Assembly (NCBI RefSeq): GCF_009914755.1
Contig: NC_060928.1
Length of the DNA stretch: 64,000 bases
Strand: one strand, 5' to 3'
Source of the DNA: the human T2T-CHM13v2.0 reference genome, Homo sapiens
Shown here: positions 38,830 to 59,030 of the stretch, in pieces
How the letters are laid out: each line of letters begins with the position of its first letter
Numbering within the stretch: position 1 is the first letter of the stretch
Made by a program: the position numbers and the translations under genes
Notes under the pieces: generated by a model
Told to the model about the DNA's origin: nothing
Databases searched by the model: none
Seen by the model: only the letters and a program-made list of their open reading frames with translations

Positions 38830-39050
38830 TGAGCACTTATTTAGGTCCTACTATTCACCAGACACTATTATAAGCCCTGTACCTGATCCTTAAGCCCCAC
38901 GTCCATCGTTTGATTAGGCATTTTTATTATCTTCATTTTATAGATGAGGCTTAGAATGGGTAAGTAACTTGTCCAAATATACACAGCTCATAAAGGGCAG
39001 AGTTGACACTACAAAACCTAGGTGTCTTCCGCCCTGAAAGCACGTCTTAT
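38830..39050 (-). mobile_element. MIR SINE
   Basis: cattttatagatgaggcttaga...taagtaacttgtccaa. Confidence 0.7.
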
Positions 39051-39473
39051 TTCCTCCCTATAAAAAGACGTGACCTCAAGAGTAGTATCCCAAATATATA
39101 TGTCAAATTTTCTACATTATAATTTTAGAGTTATATTTCCTTGGAAACAAATTTGATTCCCAAAACATATTTTGGCAATTCTGTTCTTGAAAATATTTTA
39201 TTTTACAAAAAATAAGATAAGTTAAATGTATCATCATCCACATTTTTCTAGCATAGTGTAGAGAATTTGGTTTCAAATTTTATTAGTGAAATAATCGCAA
39301 GTACCTCCTTTCATTAAAGAAGAGAAAAAGAAGGATGAAGAATGAAAGGAAAGAACGAGTGTAACCATTGCTGATTTTACTGTGGATTTGATAAACATTA
39401 GTCAAAAACACATGTGATAAGCCACATATTATTAAAAATGCACCATATAATTAATGCTATTGCATTGTCATTT

Positions 39474-39864
39474 TGTTACCTAGCATCAACTGGCTCACTG
39501 CCCAAGGTACACAGAGGCCAATACCATGGCACCAGCTTTCGAGAAAAGAAAAGCATTATTGAAAGTCACGTGGCAAGGAGACAGGAGGAAATGCTCAAAT
39601 CTGTCTCCCTGAGCGAGGGTTGGGTCTGGGTGATGCCGAAGTTCAATCTGATTGGATCCTGGACACTGCCATGCAGTGTCTGCTCCTTAATTCAGCCCCT
39701 GCTCCTAAGTCTGAGCACTCAAGTTCCCCTTGTGGTAGCACACTTAGGTTCATCTGGGCATGCTCAGATTATGTGACCTTCAACCTTGGAATCCATGTCA
39801 ACTGATAAACAACTCACAGTTTTATTACATAAAAGTTGAACCGGATTGGTCTGATGTGGCTACA
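39474..39864 (-). mobile_element. ERV1-class solo LTR, family uncertain
   Basis: Termini tgttacc...ggctaca; 4-bp flanks attt/gttt; caaggagacaggaggaaatgctcaaatctgtctccctga motif. Confidence 0.7.
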
Positions 39865-41301
39865 GTTTACTACATGGAAACTGAGTAAACGATATGAACA
39901 TAGTGGTGCTGGTGAGACAAATGAGCTCTTTAGAATACAGACAAGATTCCTGAGCACCCCTTTTCTAGACACAGCCTTCCAATCTCCTAAGCATCATTCT
40001 TTACCCATGTATGCAATGACACGGTGTTCTGTTTCTCAAAGGAACACACATATTTTACTGCTTTATTAAGCTGCTTAGTTCAGATGGGCCACTAAAGTGA
40101 CCAATTAACTATTAATTTCCTTGTATAAGAGATGGCTGAAGGTCAATCCTGAGAGCCTAAGCACTCCTTAAAGTTTCCCTTTAATTCTAACAAATAACTT
40201 GTCTGTGAGGCACACAGATATTTCGTCTTTTGAAAACTAGAGCAGACGTGCTTTGCACAGTCTACTGGGGAAAGAAAAATGTGCTTGCTTAACATGAATT
40301 GCTTGTAGGAGCAGATATATCTATAATGCAATATTATTGAGTTAAATGAGAAGGACATTATTTTTTTTTTTCTTTCTGCTCTGTTATGAGCACAGGGTAG
40401 GGAATTTGGTTTAAGGTCTCATTATTTGGCAAAATTGCAATAACCTCCTTTCATTAGTAAGAGAAAAAGGAAAAGGAGGAGGAGAAAGAGGAGGCAAGAT
40501 TGTAACCATTGTTGATTTCACTGTGGACTTGTTAACCATTAGTCAAAAATACATGCTGATAGGCCACTGAGCTCTGCTAGTACTAATAATAGTCTTTCTC
40601 TTTTCTCTTCTTCAAGCTTCATGATACTTTCTTGAAATACGCACACAAAACTTACTGTCCGGATACCTAGCACCTCTGAGCCTGAGCTGTCTATGATTAG
40701 AGTCAGTAATTATGCTGTGAGATAATCCATCATGGTGGGTTTTGTTTGTGGCTCGCGATAATTAATGATGATTCCGCAGAACAGCAGTTACGCAATACAG
40801 AAGAAATTCATCTTCTAAAGGTCAGCAAAGAGTTGAAGCATGAAGTAAAATAAGCCCATAGCTGCTAGCTATTTTTTACCAATCAGTCTTTGTGAGTTTG
40901 TTTTTTATTTTGAAAGGCATAGTGAAAATGTTCATACCTTAATAAGGCATTGTCTGAAAACTAAATTTTTTGTTTCCTTAGAATTAGATAGAATTTTTTA
41001 AAAGTTTCTTAGGAAAAGAACTGATTTTGCTTAGAAAATACACCATCAGGCCATTTGGTATATGAAGGGAAGGGTGTGAACTCACACTAGCACCCAACTC
41101 TCACCTCACTCAAAGACATGTAACTCTACAAAAGTAGTCAGTAAAATTTGCGGGTGTGGACTAGGGTGTGAAAGGAAAGAGTGTGAGGGAAAAGTGACTG
41201 ATTAATTTCTATGGCAAGTGGGGTTAAGGGAAGATATGGCTATGTATAAACCCACTCTCTAACCAGTCAACGGTCGGCACACTCAGAAATATCTCTGTGG
41301 G

Positions 41302-42024
<723 letters not shown>

Positions 42025-42664
42025 TCAAAGCCAGGAATGAAATGTCTTCCCAAGAATCCCCGATGATATTAGGAAGCACATCGAATTAGCCACCACTGCT
42101 TGTGGGTGTTGAATCAAAATGCATTGAAGTCTAAAAAGATGAGGTGGCCCCAGCTACACCTTGAGGTTATTTTGTTTTATGTATAAATGATTTAAAGTTC
42201 TGAAAATCATGTTGGTAATGACAGACACACTGATGGTGACAGTCATCTCAGCTATAAAAAGCATCAGAGTAAACATGTTTTCTAGCCCTGGTTGCATTAA
42301 CTAAAGTAGACAGGTTGGTGACAAGTCATTTCAATTCTCTCTACTTCAGTTTCTTCACCTTAAAAAAAATCATGCTTAAAACTTGGTGATACCATGAAAT
42401 TTAATATTTAATGTAAGAATGCATGAAAAAGCATAAACTGCTTATTGAGTGCTACTTTGTGCCAGATCTTATTGTAAGCAGCATACATGTATTCGATCAT
42501 TTAATCCTATCTCATCCACACAAGCATCCTATGAGGTAGATACTATGATTTGTTTAATTTATAAATGAATGAATGAGTACTAAGGCATAAGTTTCACAGA
42601 GAGTGAAGGGTCAAGCTTTTGGGGCAGTATGATGCCTTCTTTTATTCAATAATCATAAAAGCTT

Positions 42665-43029
42665 TAATTTTTTTCTTTTTTAAAATTTTTATGTATGCTC
42701 TGTTGAACATATTTATAGGGTACATGTGATAGTTTGGTAGTCATACAGTGTGTAATGATCAAATCAAGGTGATTGGGATATCCACCACCTCAAATACTTA
42801 TCTTTTCTTTATGTTTGGAACATTTCAAATCTTTTCTTCTAGTTATTTTGAAGTATACAGTAAATTATTGTTAACTGTAGTCGTCCTATGGTGCTACTGA
42901 ACACTAGATCTTATTCCTTCTATTTAATTATATTTTTGTCCCTTCTTTAAGCAGCCCCTCTTTATTCCCCCATCCCCTCACCCCTTCTCAGCCTCTGGTA
43001 ACCACCATTTATTCTCTACCTCCATGAGA
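42665..43029 (-). mobile_element. L1MA 3'UTR fragment
   Basis: catatttatagggtacatgtgata...gcctctggtaaccaccatt..ctctacctccatgaga. Confidence 0.88.
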
Positions 43030-43054
43030 GTGAAGGATCAAGCTTTTGGGGCAC

Positions 43055-43434
43055 TGTGATGTCTTTTTGATGTGCCTAATTGGATAGGCCATAGTCTGCA
43101 GTTATTCAATCCAGCACTAATCTAAGATGTTGCTGTGAAGGTTTTCTATAGATAGGATTCAATTCTATAAGTGTTGACTTTAAGTAAGGTAATTATCCTA
43201 GATAATCTGGCTGGCCTGCTTCAACTAGTTGAAAGGCCTTAGTAGCAGAGCTGAGGCTTCCCTGGAGAAGAAATTCTGCCTGAGGACAGCAGCTTCAACC
43301 CTTCCCCAGGAGTTCCAGCATGCCCTTCCTGAAGATCAACCCCCACAATTGTATAATCCAGTTTCTTACAACACATCTCTTACTATGTATCTTCTACTGG
43401 TTCTGCTTCTCTGATCTGTACCCTGACTGATACA
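43055..43434 (+). mobile_element. MLT2 (ERVL) solo LTR
   Basis: tgtgatg...cactaatctaagatgttgctgtgaagg...ccctgactgataca. Confidence 0.85.
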
Positions 43435-44460
43435 GACAGGAGACCTATGTACTTCACCACTGGGCTATTCTGCCTTCCATCACTTCAGCCTCAACCTTTC
43501 CTTCCTCCCCTTCAATGTATTTTAAAATGTTCAGAAATACGTTGCTTTTTAGAAAAGAGGAAAACAACCATGATTAATTGGCTCAGCCAAGATCACAAAG
43601 TTAGTGTAAATCTAAACAAAGTCAGGCTGTCATTTTGAAGAATTATAAAAACAACTATGATGGCCAGTATTCTACAGCACTGGCACAACTCTCTCACCCT
43701 TGGCATCATAGGAAGACCCACTAGAGCATACTCTAGATTTAATGCTGGACAGTAGCCTCAATTAGATCACAGAACTGACGCCTAAGAAGATACAGGCATC
43801 TGTTTCATTTCCCTCAAGGGGCAAAAGGCATCAACTTTACTGCCCATACACGATCATTAGCATTTCCCTTCACAGCTGTCACCTGAGGAGCATATCTCAA
43901 GGAAGCGGAATGTTGAACTGGAGGGAATACTCTGTCCTCACTGAGGAAGTTCAGATTGCCCTTGCCTTTATTTTCAAATGCTTTGCTCCAGCTGGCTGGC
44001 CTTTTTAGTACTGGCTAACAGTGAGTGAGTTATAGCAGCTGCTTGTCATTCATGTATTAAAAACTAAGCATCTCTGTCTTTCAAAGTCATGTGAAGGAAA
44101 CAGACAGGACCCAAACTTCCTAGTCCATTAATGGCCCCACTTATCCATAAGCACACACTTTGCTCAAGTATGTCGTCAGAACTCCTAATTATAATGCTAT
44201 AAATTATAGCAGAGAATTAAAGGCAGCTATAGAGGAAGGAAGAAATATGAATATTACTAAAATGAGAAGGTAATTAAGTTACCCTCTTCCCTCTGAGCCA
44301 GCTCTGGTTGTTTAAAATAAGTCCTAATAACAGTGTTAAATGAACTCAAAGCACAAATGAATATTAAACTGACCTACTGCAGAGGTTTTATACATGGCCT
44401 GTTAAGGTCGTTTTCATTACCAGGGAGATTTGAGTCATTCTTAAGAATGTGAAAGGTGAA

Positions 44461-44903
44461 TGTGATGGTTAATTTTATGACAACTGGATTGGGCCACAGT
44501 GCCCAGGTATTTGGTCAGACATTATCCTGGATGTTTCTGTGGTGGGGTTTTTTAGATGAAATTAGCATTTAAATTACTGGACTTTGACTAAAGCAGATTA
44601 CCCTCCATAATGTGGATGGGCCTCATACAATCAGTTGAAGGCCTCAATAAAACAAAACTGACCTCCAGCCCCTCACCTCTCCACCCCCTACCCCACAAGA
44701 AGAAGGAATTCTGCCAGCAGAGAGCCTTTGGACTCAAACTGCAACTCACCCCTGGGTCTCCAGCCTGCTGGTCAACTCCATCAGATTTTGGACTCATCAA
44801 GCCTTTATCATTGCATGAGCCAATTCATTAAAATAAAGCTGTCTTATATATATGCACATACATACTGTTTGTTCTGTTTCTCTGGAGAACACTGGCTAAC
44901 ACG
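44461..44903 (+). mobile_element. MLT2B/C (ERVL) solo LTR
   Basis: tgtgatggttaattttatg...aagcagattaccctccataatgtggatgggcctca...gttctgtttctctggagaac; 5-bp flanks gtgaa/gtgag. Confidence 0.9.
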
Positions 44904-45449
44904 GTGAGTAAACTGACTACACTGGAAATAACAAGATGAACTTCAGGAATGCAGAAGATAAGAACCCAGTTACATTAATGGAATAGTTACTGCTTAATTT
45001 TAATTATAATATTCTTTGCTAGCATTGTGAGACTTTAGTAACCAAACCCAAAAGAAGCAATTGTTATAGTATATGCTAATATATATTCAACAAATAATGG
45101 AGTGCTCATGGCCAAAAATGTCTCTTCCAAAGAGCACATGCCAATTTCAGGGCCACTAAATGCCAAGCTCCAGTAATGTTCCAGGACTTTGGGCACATAT
45201 CCAGAAATAGGCAACTAGTCCTAGAAATCCAGGAAATCAACAACTCATGAGTCTAGCTAATATTTATTGAACACCCTTATCACAGGGAGGCAACAATGGT
45301 GAGTGGGTGAATGACAGCAAAACAGTCCCTGATGTCATGGAGCTCAGAATCTGAGGGAAAAGTGGATCATGCAAATGTATAAATGGAGACAGGTGCTAAT
45401 AAGAAGGATGCCTGTACTTAAGAGAAACCTGTAGACAGGCTACACAGAG

Positions 45450-45585
45450 CATGGTCTACAAGCCAGCAGCATTAGCATCACTTGGGAGCTACTTAGAACA
45501 CAGGATCTCAGGCCCCTTTCTAGACCTGCACTTTAATAAGATCCCCAGATAATTGGTGTTCACATTAAATTTGAGAAGCAGCTGG
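45450..45585. mobile_element. MER5A-like hAT DNA transposon fragment
   Basis: cagcagcattagcatcacttgggagct...ctgcactttaataagatcccc...tttgagaagca. Confidence 0.7.
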
Positions 45586-45699
45586 CTTAAGGGATAAAGA
45601 AAACTGCTTTACTGTGGATAGTATATTTCAGTTGAGATCTGAAAAGAAGAGGGATCATTTCTATACCCTCTGCATGTTTACTGCTGGGCTTCACAGTGA

Positions 45700-46080
45700 C
45701 TATGATCATTTCTATAAGGCAGTCATTATTGCTAATTGCGAAATATTTCCAATTCTCTTCCCAGACATCTTGAAGGACTGCCCTTCCCTAACCCCATGAA
45801 GCTGGATCTGACCTAGTGACTAGTTCTGGCTAGGTGAATATGATCAGAATGGACCTGTGTCACTTCTGGTGGGATTTTTAAGACTCATTATAGTTTGTCT
45901 GCTTTCTCCTTTCTGCCACGATAATCGGCAGTGTATAGTTAGTAACAGCTCAGTCAACGGGAAACCTGGAGCAGAAACGTCAATTCACCTACAATTAACA
46001 TGGGCCTTGAAAGAGCAGTAAACTGCATCATACTAAGCCTCTGAGATAGGGTGGTGATTTGCTCCTGCCTAATTGGTATA
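45700..46080 (+). mobile_element. Old MLT1 (H/J-like) LTR
   Basis: gacctgtgtcacttctgg...taagcctctgagat. Confidence 0.55.
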
Positions 46081-46094
46081 CTCTATCATCAATG

Positions 46095-46750
46095 GATTCA
46101 TTCAATTGGTACCCAGTGAGTGCTTATGAGGTGTCCAGCTAATCCAGGCTCTGGGGATTCTGTGATGAAATTAGCCAGACAAGACCCTGCTGAATCTTCT
46201 CTTTTTCTAGAGAAAGCTGGGCAAATAAGCAACCAAAAAAATAATTTCAGATGGTGGTAAAAAGTAAGAAGAAAATGAAACAGACTGGAGAGATTAGACA
46301 GGGGATGATAAGGCTCTTTCAAAGGAGGTGGTCAGGTCAGGAACAGCCTCCCTTCTCCAAGGAGCTGATATGTGACCTAGTACCTGGATAAGGAGAAATC
46401 TCAGCCATTTGAACATCTGGAGAAAGAGCCTGCTGGGCAGGGGAGAAGAAGTACAATGGCCCGGAGACAAGAAAAAGCTTGGCATGAGAAAGTAATGGAA
46501 GCACAATCCTTGTGAAGCCCAGCAGTAAACATGTGGAGGGTGGAGAATGGTTTAAGATGGGGCTGGAGAGGCAGCTGGAAATCTGATCCCAGAGATTTCA
46601 GGTCTGTTCAGAGGTTTGTGTTCTATTCTAGGTGCAATGGGAATATGTGATCTGAACTATAATAGTATCACTCTGGGTACTATATTCAGCATAAGCTTGT
46701 AACAAGAAGAGAGCGAGCACAGTAGGAGAACTAAAAGAAGGCTAATCTAA
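46095..46750 (-). mobile_element. L2 fragment
   Basis: Purine-rich antisense L2 (cattcattcaa...gagtgctta, ggaggtggtcagg, ggggctggagaggcag). Confidence 0.7.
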
Positions 46751-47095
46751 TGGGGGTTACTTAAAAGGGCAGAGAAATGCAATCGGACTACCAGCCTAGA
46801 AGGATAGATAACTGGAAATACTAATATTAAGTGTATAGCATAGCATTAATGACTAATGTCACCCTTCTGTTCACCAGATACTTGATTTCCTCTCCTTTCC
46901 CCATGTACTGTATATTCAACCCCTCCCTAAGCGGGACAACCCCAAGGTCCCACTAGTCGGAGGATCAGCTCTGAGTTCAAGATCTCCTGGTGACATATCC
47001 TAGTCCCTGTATCAGAGAATAATGTGGTGGTTTCTGTATCAGGTTTGGATGTGATTTCACTTCATCCAGAAATCTATGAACTAAAAAGGTGACTT

Positions 47096-47410
<315 letters not shown>

Positions 47411-48319
47411 TTACATGCCCAACTGCCACCTGAACACACATCCACACCCAATATGCAACTGCAGAATAAATACATAATAATTCTAAAGAGATTCACATTC
47501 AGAAAAGGGAAGAATATCGGCTACATGGCAGACATTTGATAGCAATTCTGGAATCTAGGCAGTGATTGTGAAGGTTTACTACCTTAGGCACAGAGAATGT
47601 TCCCGTATTAAATTGCAGTTCTTATGTCTTGGAAGGGTTCTCTTGTCCAGTTTTCCAAAATTCTTGACTCCATCCTCTAAGATGTTCTTCCTTTGAGTTT
47701 CTTCTGTCCTTCAATCTGGAATGTATATTAAAGGATCATGCACTTCAACATCTACTCATTCATAATTCTTTATTTTAAAATTTCAAACAGCCTCTGTCCC
47801 TTTAAGTTTCAGCTTGTGATTCATTTGACAGTACAGTTCTCTGAAGACCTTACTTAATTTCTTCAATACCTACATTTCTTTTCCAAACATACTTCTATTT
47901 GCTACTTTTGCTTTATAACACCCAAATCTCTTGTCTCTTTTCCTCTGGACATAACTAAGGTATGTTGGACTATCCAGTTTAGGTGAGAGAGCCATTTTGT
48001 CCAATTAAAAAGATTTAGGCACCACGCCTTTACTAGGTCATGGATCTGAGTCAAAGATTTTAACAATAGGTGTGACAGTCATACCTAGAATTCATACTTG
48101 CTGCAAGAGTAATTCTCAAAGACCTTCTCAGCTTCATCTTTTAAAAGGGTAAGATTCCTTACTGCAAATCCTCCAAACTAGACTCTCTTTCTTCCTACAT
48201 ACAAATTGGCCGGTTCTTTTGTAAGCTCGTTATTGTCTTATTAGCACCCTGACAAATGCAGTCAACAATAACCAAAATCAACTTCAAATGCACTTTAAAA
48301 ACTAAGCACTTCCCTAGAA

Positions 48320-48491
48320 CAGGGTTTGGCAATCCTGTAGTCCAAATCCAGACAACAACCTGATTGTGTAAAAGGGGAACTAAAGATTGTACAAACAAGC
48401 AATGAAGAATGTGCAACAGAGACTCATACAGTTTGAAAAGCCTAAAATCCTTACTGTCTTTCTCTTTACAGAAAATGTTTGCCACGTACTT
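48320..48491 (-). mobile_element. MER58A-like hAT DNA transposon
   Basis: cagggtttggcaa...tttacagaaaatgtttgcca; 8-bp flanks ccctagaa/acctagaa. Confidence 0.75.
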
Positions 48492-49787
48492 ACCTAGAAG
48501 TACAAATATATACCTCCCAGGTTAACCTACCACCAACTAAGCTCTCATCCCAGAATAACACGAGCTAACCTCCTTCTTACTTCCAAACTTCCCTTGCCAC
48601 CTACTAATCATTAAGCCAAAGCCACACATTTTAGGTTGTTTTAAGGCAACACCTCCATTTCTTGGTACCAACAGCTGTATCCATCGGATTAGGCTAGGGC
48701 ATGCTGCGGGCCTCTGCTTATCAATCTCTCCAGAACCACACTGATGGATATTTCATGCCATTGCAAGCTTCCATGAGCATCATAACAAGGAAAAAATGAA
48801 CTTAGCAAATTGTGCACTGCCTCAAATCTTCTGCCTGAAAATGACACATTTTATTTGCCAAATTAAGGCACACAGCCATGGTTAACTTCAAGGTATAGTG
48901 GTTTACTTAAAGGTAGCCATGGTTTACTTTCCCCTGGAAGAGGAAGTAAAAAAGAATTGATGATGGTTGCTAATAGCTACCACACCTGCAGTCCCATTCC
49001 ACAAAAATAGCCTCCATTAGGGGATGGTAAAAATATTTTCACTTTGTTTCATGCATATGCATAAATATTATCTTCCTCTAACATTACCTTTCACATAATA
49101 ATCATTATATGCATTCATACTTATAGTAAAGGGCAGGGACTATGACTATTTTGCCTATCATAAGATAGAGCACAAGGAATGGAATGAACTCAACTATTTA
49201 TTATATTAATGAATAAATAAACTAATGTCATTATTTCTATGTTACTTGTTTCTATGTTCATTCTACTAATGATTTTTGTTATTTTTTTACAAACATTTGA
49301 ACCTTTTATTCCTCATCACCATAAAGAATGAAAATTAAATAGTGCCTGTACCCTTTCACCTCCTAGACTATGCTAAGTATTTAAACAGAAAACTTTTTTA
49401 CCTCTGTCCCCTTCTTACATATTCTGCTTTTCTTTATTTTTATTTTGCTGATCTGGAATTTTTTATCTAGATTTTTACTAACTTTATTTCACATTATGAT
49501 TCTTCAATTTTTAGAAATCATTCTTAATATTATTTTAAATTTGCATGTACAAAATTAACCATAATTAGATTTAACTATAAGTTCTATGCCCTCATTGTCT
49601 ATCAATGTTTCCTCCAATTTTCTTGAGCTCTTTATTTTGATACATTCATTGTTTGACTATAATACTTCAAAAAAAAATTTTTCAGAACTAGTACATGGTG
49701 AATGGTGTTTCTGAATCTTTGCGTGTCCAAATATAACTTTCCTTTGCATTCACATGAATGATGGTTTGTTTGGATCTTGAAATGGAG

Positions 49788-50244
49788 CATGAAAGTTATC
49801 AGAATCAAAATGGAGTCAATTGTGTTAAAAACTGGGGAAGATAAATACAGCTAGGAAAGGCCATGAAGGGAAGCTTCTCATGCACAAATGACTGAGAACA
49901 AAAACTATCACAAAAGATTGCAAAACCCAAAATCTCACACAAAGACTGCACAACCTTACATACACACACAAAAAAAATTCTGTGAGGACGTCTGCCCAGC
50001 AACTGCTTGTTCAACCTTGGACTAATTCCACCCTTGTTATTGACCCTTGTAGTCAAGGATTATTGTCTCAAAACAATGATGTAATTCTCCTCATTTTTCT
50101 TTAAAAAACTTTTGTCTTCCTTTACCACCCTGAATGAGAACCTAGTTTACTATGGCACACATATTCCCATTGCAATGCCTATTTCCAAATAAATATCATT
50201 TCCATTTAAAGCATCTCCCTCTCTGTTTGTTATTTAGGATGATG
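49788..50244 (+). mobile_element. MER65-like ERV1 solo LTR
   Basis: gaaagttatcagaatcaaaatggagtca...ggccatgaaggg...aataaa; 4-bp duplication ggag at 49784-49787 and 50245-50248. Confidence 0.85.
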
Positions 50245-50799
50245 GGAGTCACAGTCCACTTGCACTCCAAAGTTTGAGAAGCACTAGTCTACGCTGTATT
50301 TGCAGCTCTTGTGGACTCCAGCAAGAATTGTGTAACTATTGCCTTCTAGTGAAAGCCACTGTATGCCAGGAGGCAGATTCTGAGGAGGGTGAATCATCGT
50401 GGATATAGCAGAGAAAAGCAGGCAACTGGTGGACAATCTAGTGCCACCTCACTTCATTTCCAAAGCTATTCCCACCAAGTTTAGCCTACGAGAATGATAA
50501 GTCCACTTGCTGCGTATGTGGAGTTCAGGCTGTGTCCTCAAATCCTCTACTCACTCCTTTCTAGGCTTTCCCTATCATGTCCACATCTTCCTTCCTCTGC
50601 CACTTCATGTGGGGTAGTGGAGCGACTCCTAGCGGAATCTGTGTTCCATTAGCATTACAGCTACTCACTGAAACTATTGCACTCTCCTCCCTTCTACTGG
50701 CTCCATCACCTGTGTTAGGAGCTCCCTGTACCAAGTCTTCCACTTTATTGAGTAAATAGTTAGAGCCAAAGGGAACACTGTGATAAAGCCTGTGTCAGC

Positions 50800-51200
50800 T
50801 GCCATGTTGATTTTCTACTGCTACTGTCATAATCACAAAGTTAGCAGTTAAAGCAACACCCATTTTGCAGGCCAGTTCTCTGCTCTGGGTTTCACAAAGT
50901 GATGGACGGGGTGTGTTCTTTTCCAGAGCTTCTGGGGATGAATTCGCTTCCAGGCTCATTCATGTTGTTGGCAGAATTGAATTCCATGAGATTATAGGAC
51001 TCAGGTCCGGTGTCCCTGCCAGCAATCAGCCCAGGGTTGGTTGTTCTCAGGTTTTAGAGGCTGCCCACATTCTTTTTGGGGTGGCATCTTCCTCCTGCTT
51101 CAAAGCCAGCAAAGACCCTTCACAGTAGTTCCTCGATTCACGTTAGATTAAATCAGCAGGGAGCAGGAATTTTGTGGGACATCTTTTGAATTCTGCCTTG
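50800..51200 (-). mobile_element. MLT1 (D/E-like) LTR
   Basis: cttccaggctcattcatgttgttggcagaatt...ttttgaattctgcct. Confidence 0.7.
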
Positions 51201-53104
51201 TGCAGCTGCACTATGCAAATGATTAGGAAAAACTGCAAGTTCTTATTTTGAAGTAATTTTCCAAGTGCCTGCAGTACATCCTTACTCTCACTCCTGCTTA
51301 TCACTGGGAGGATTTTATATGGAAAGCACTTCCCTAACTTTTTAGGAACTCCCTGTTTTGCCTGTGATGAACCACTCAGCATTTTCCCCCGCATTAAATT
51401 ACAATGACTTCATTTGAAACAGAAATGCCTCAAATTTTGGGATCTACTTATGATAGCCTTCCCTCTTGACCAGGACTCAAAGACTATTTTGCCCTAATGT
51501 GTCTTTGGTCAATAAAATGGAATTTGGAGAGTTTGAGAAGGTATATTTGTAATTTCAATCCCTGTCTAGAAAGCATGAAAAAAGATATTAGAAAAAAATG
51601 TGTTGCTCTTGAGTATTATTGCCATTGATGAGTTCCACAGTGCTAGTAGACTACATTAGGAATTTGAATGAAGCAGAATTGAATGAATTCTATTTTTAAA
51701 AAAATGAATTGTACATTACAGCTCACAAGTATCCAAGAGCTAAATTTGAAATGTCAAAGGTTATGTAAATCTTATATGTTTAGCTAACCCTCTAATGAGA
51801 AAGACTCCCAACACTGAAGTCTCAAATCGTTTTTGAGAACACTGAGGAGAGAAGCCACATAATTTGAGAGTGTCATAACCGGGAGTCCTAGAAAGAGGAA
51901 GATCAAACAGCCGATGTGAATTTAGGCCATGAAGAGGTTTAATTTAAAAGCTGAGAGCAAAATCACAGTCCTTTCATAATTATTATAAGGAGATATTGGG
52001 TACCCTCACTCTGGCAGACCTGTGGTGCCTAATGAAAAGAGAGCATTTCTCTCCTGCTTGGCTTATTTTATCCCTAATCAGCAGCGGTACTTCAAATTAG
52101 CTTCACAATCTATTGGCCTCTCTCAGCCATAAAAGCCTCTTTTCTCTTTTGATATTAGCATAGCTCCCCATTGAAAGTAACAGAAAAAGAGCTCCTACTT
52201 GAAGGTTATATCCTTCCTTGTGGATGGCCCACTTCAAAGGGTTCATCACATGGTCCAAAGAGAAGTAAAAATAAGATGAGGGGAGTGCAGCAGCTGTGTT
52301 TCTAAGACAAGAGGTTCTGAGCTGAAGAACACCACATCGATTAAGGTCAGGGCAGCTGGGAAGGTTGCAGTTCAGCCAAAAGAGGGCTGAAGTACTGAAC
52401 TTGAAAACTCTAGAACCTGGGAAATGTAAGCATTAAACTCAGAGACATTTTATGGAAAAAAAAAAGTTTTATTTTATAGATTCAGTTCTGTAATATAGAT
52501 ATTGGAACATTAAAATGATCTGAGGTATTGACTTCAAAATCCATCATTTGGGGTGTTGGATTATCTGTTATTTACTTAACTCCATTAGCACCCAGCTATG
52601 GATAAATTGTGTGTAATAGTTGTGTTTTATGAGATCAAGATTTTAAAATAGTGACCACTGATTTGTGTCCTCTATATCATTTAACCTCTGTTGTCTCATA
52701 AATGTGGCTGAGGGCAATGAGCTTATTTAAGGCTAACCTGCATATTAATACTTTTATCCACTGAGATAGTACTCTCCCCCACTTAACTAAGACGTTTGAG
52801 AATTGCCAAAAATAATCTACCTCAAAATATATTCACATATGCATCGTCTAAGTCAAGGAACAGAGGGCTCACTAGAATGGATTGGCCCTCCAATGACCCC
52901 AACAGTAGATGTTGATGCTTAGGAAGGATAGATATAATAGTTGAAGAAAAAATTTGCCAGTTGAAACTTTTGTTTGATTTTGCCACTTTGTCAGTCATTG
53001 CTTTTTGTTATGGCCAAGTTAAGTTGTTACGGAATTAGAGAATTTTGGAATTTTTTTGTAAGTGTTCTTTTAATAAATGTCTACTCAAGCCATCTGCCCA
53101 TTTT

Positions 53105-59030
<5,926 letters not shown>

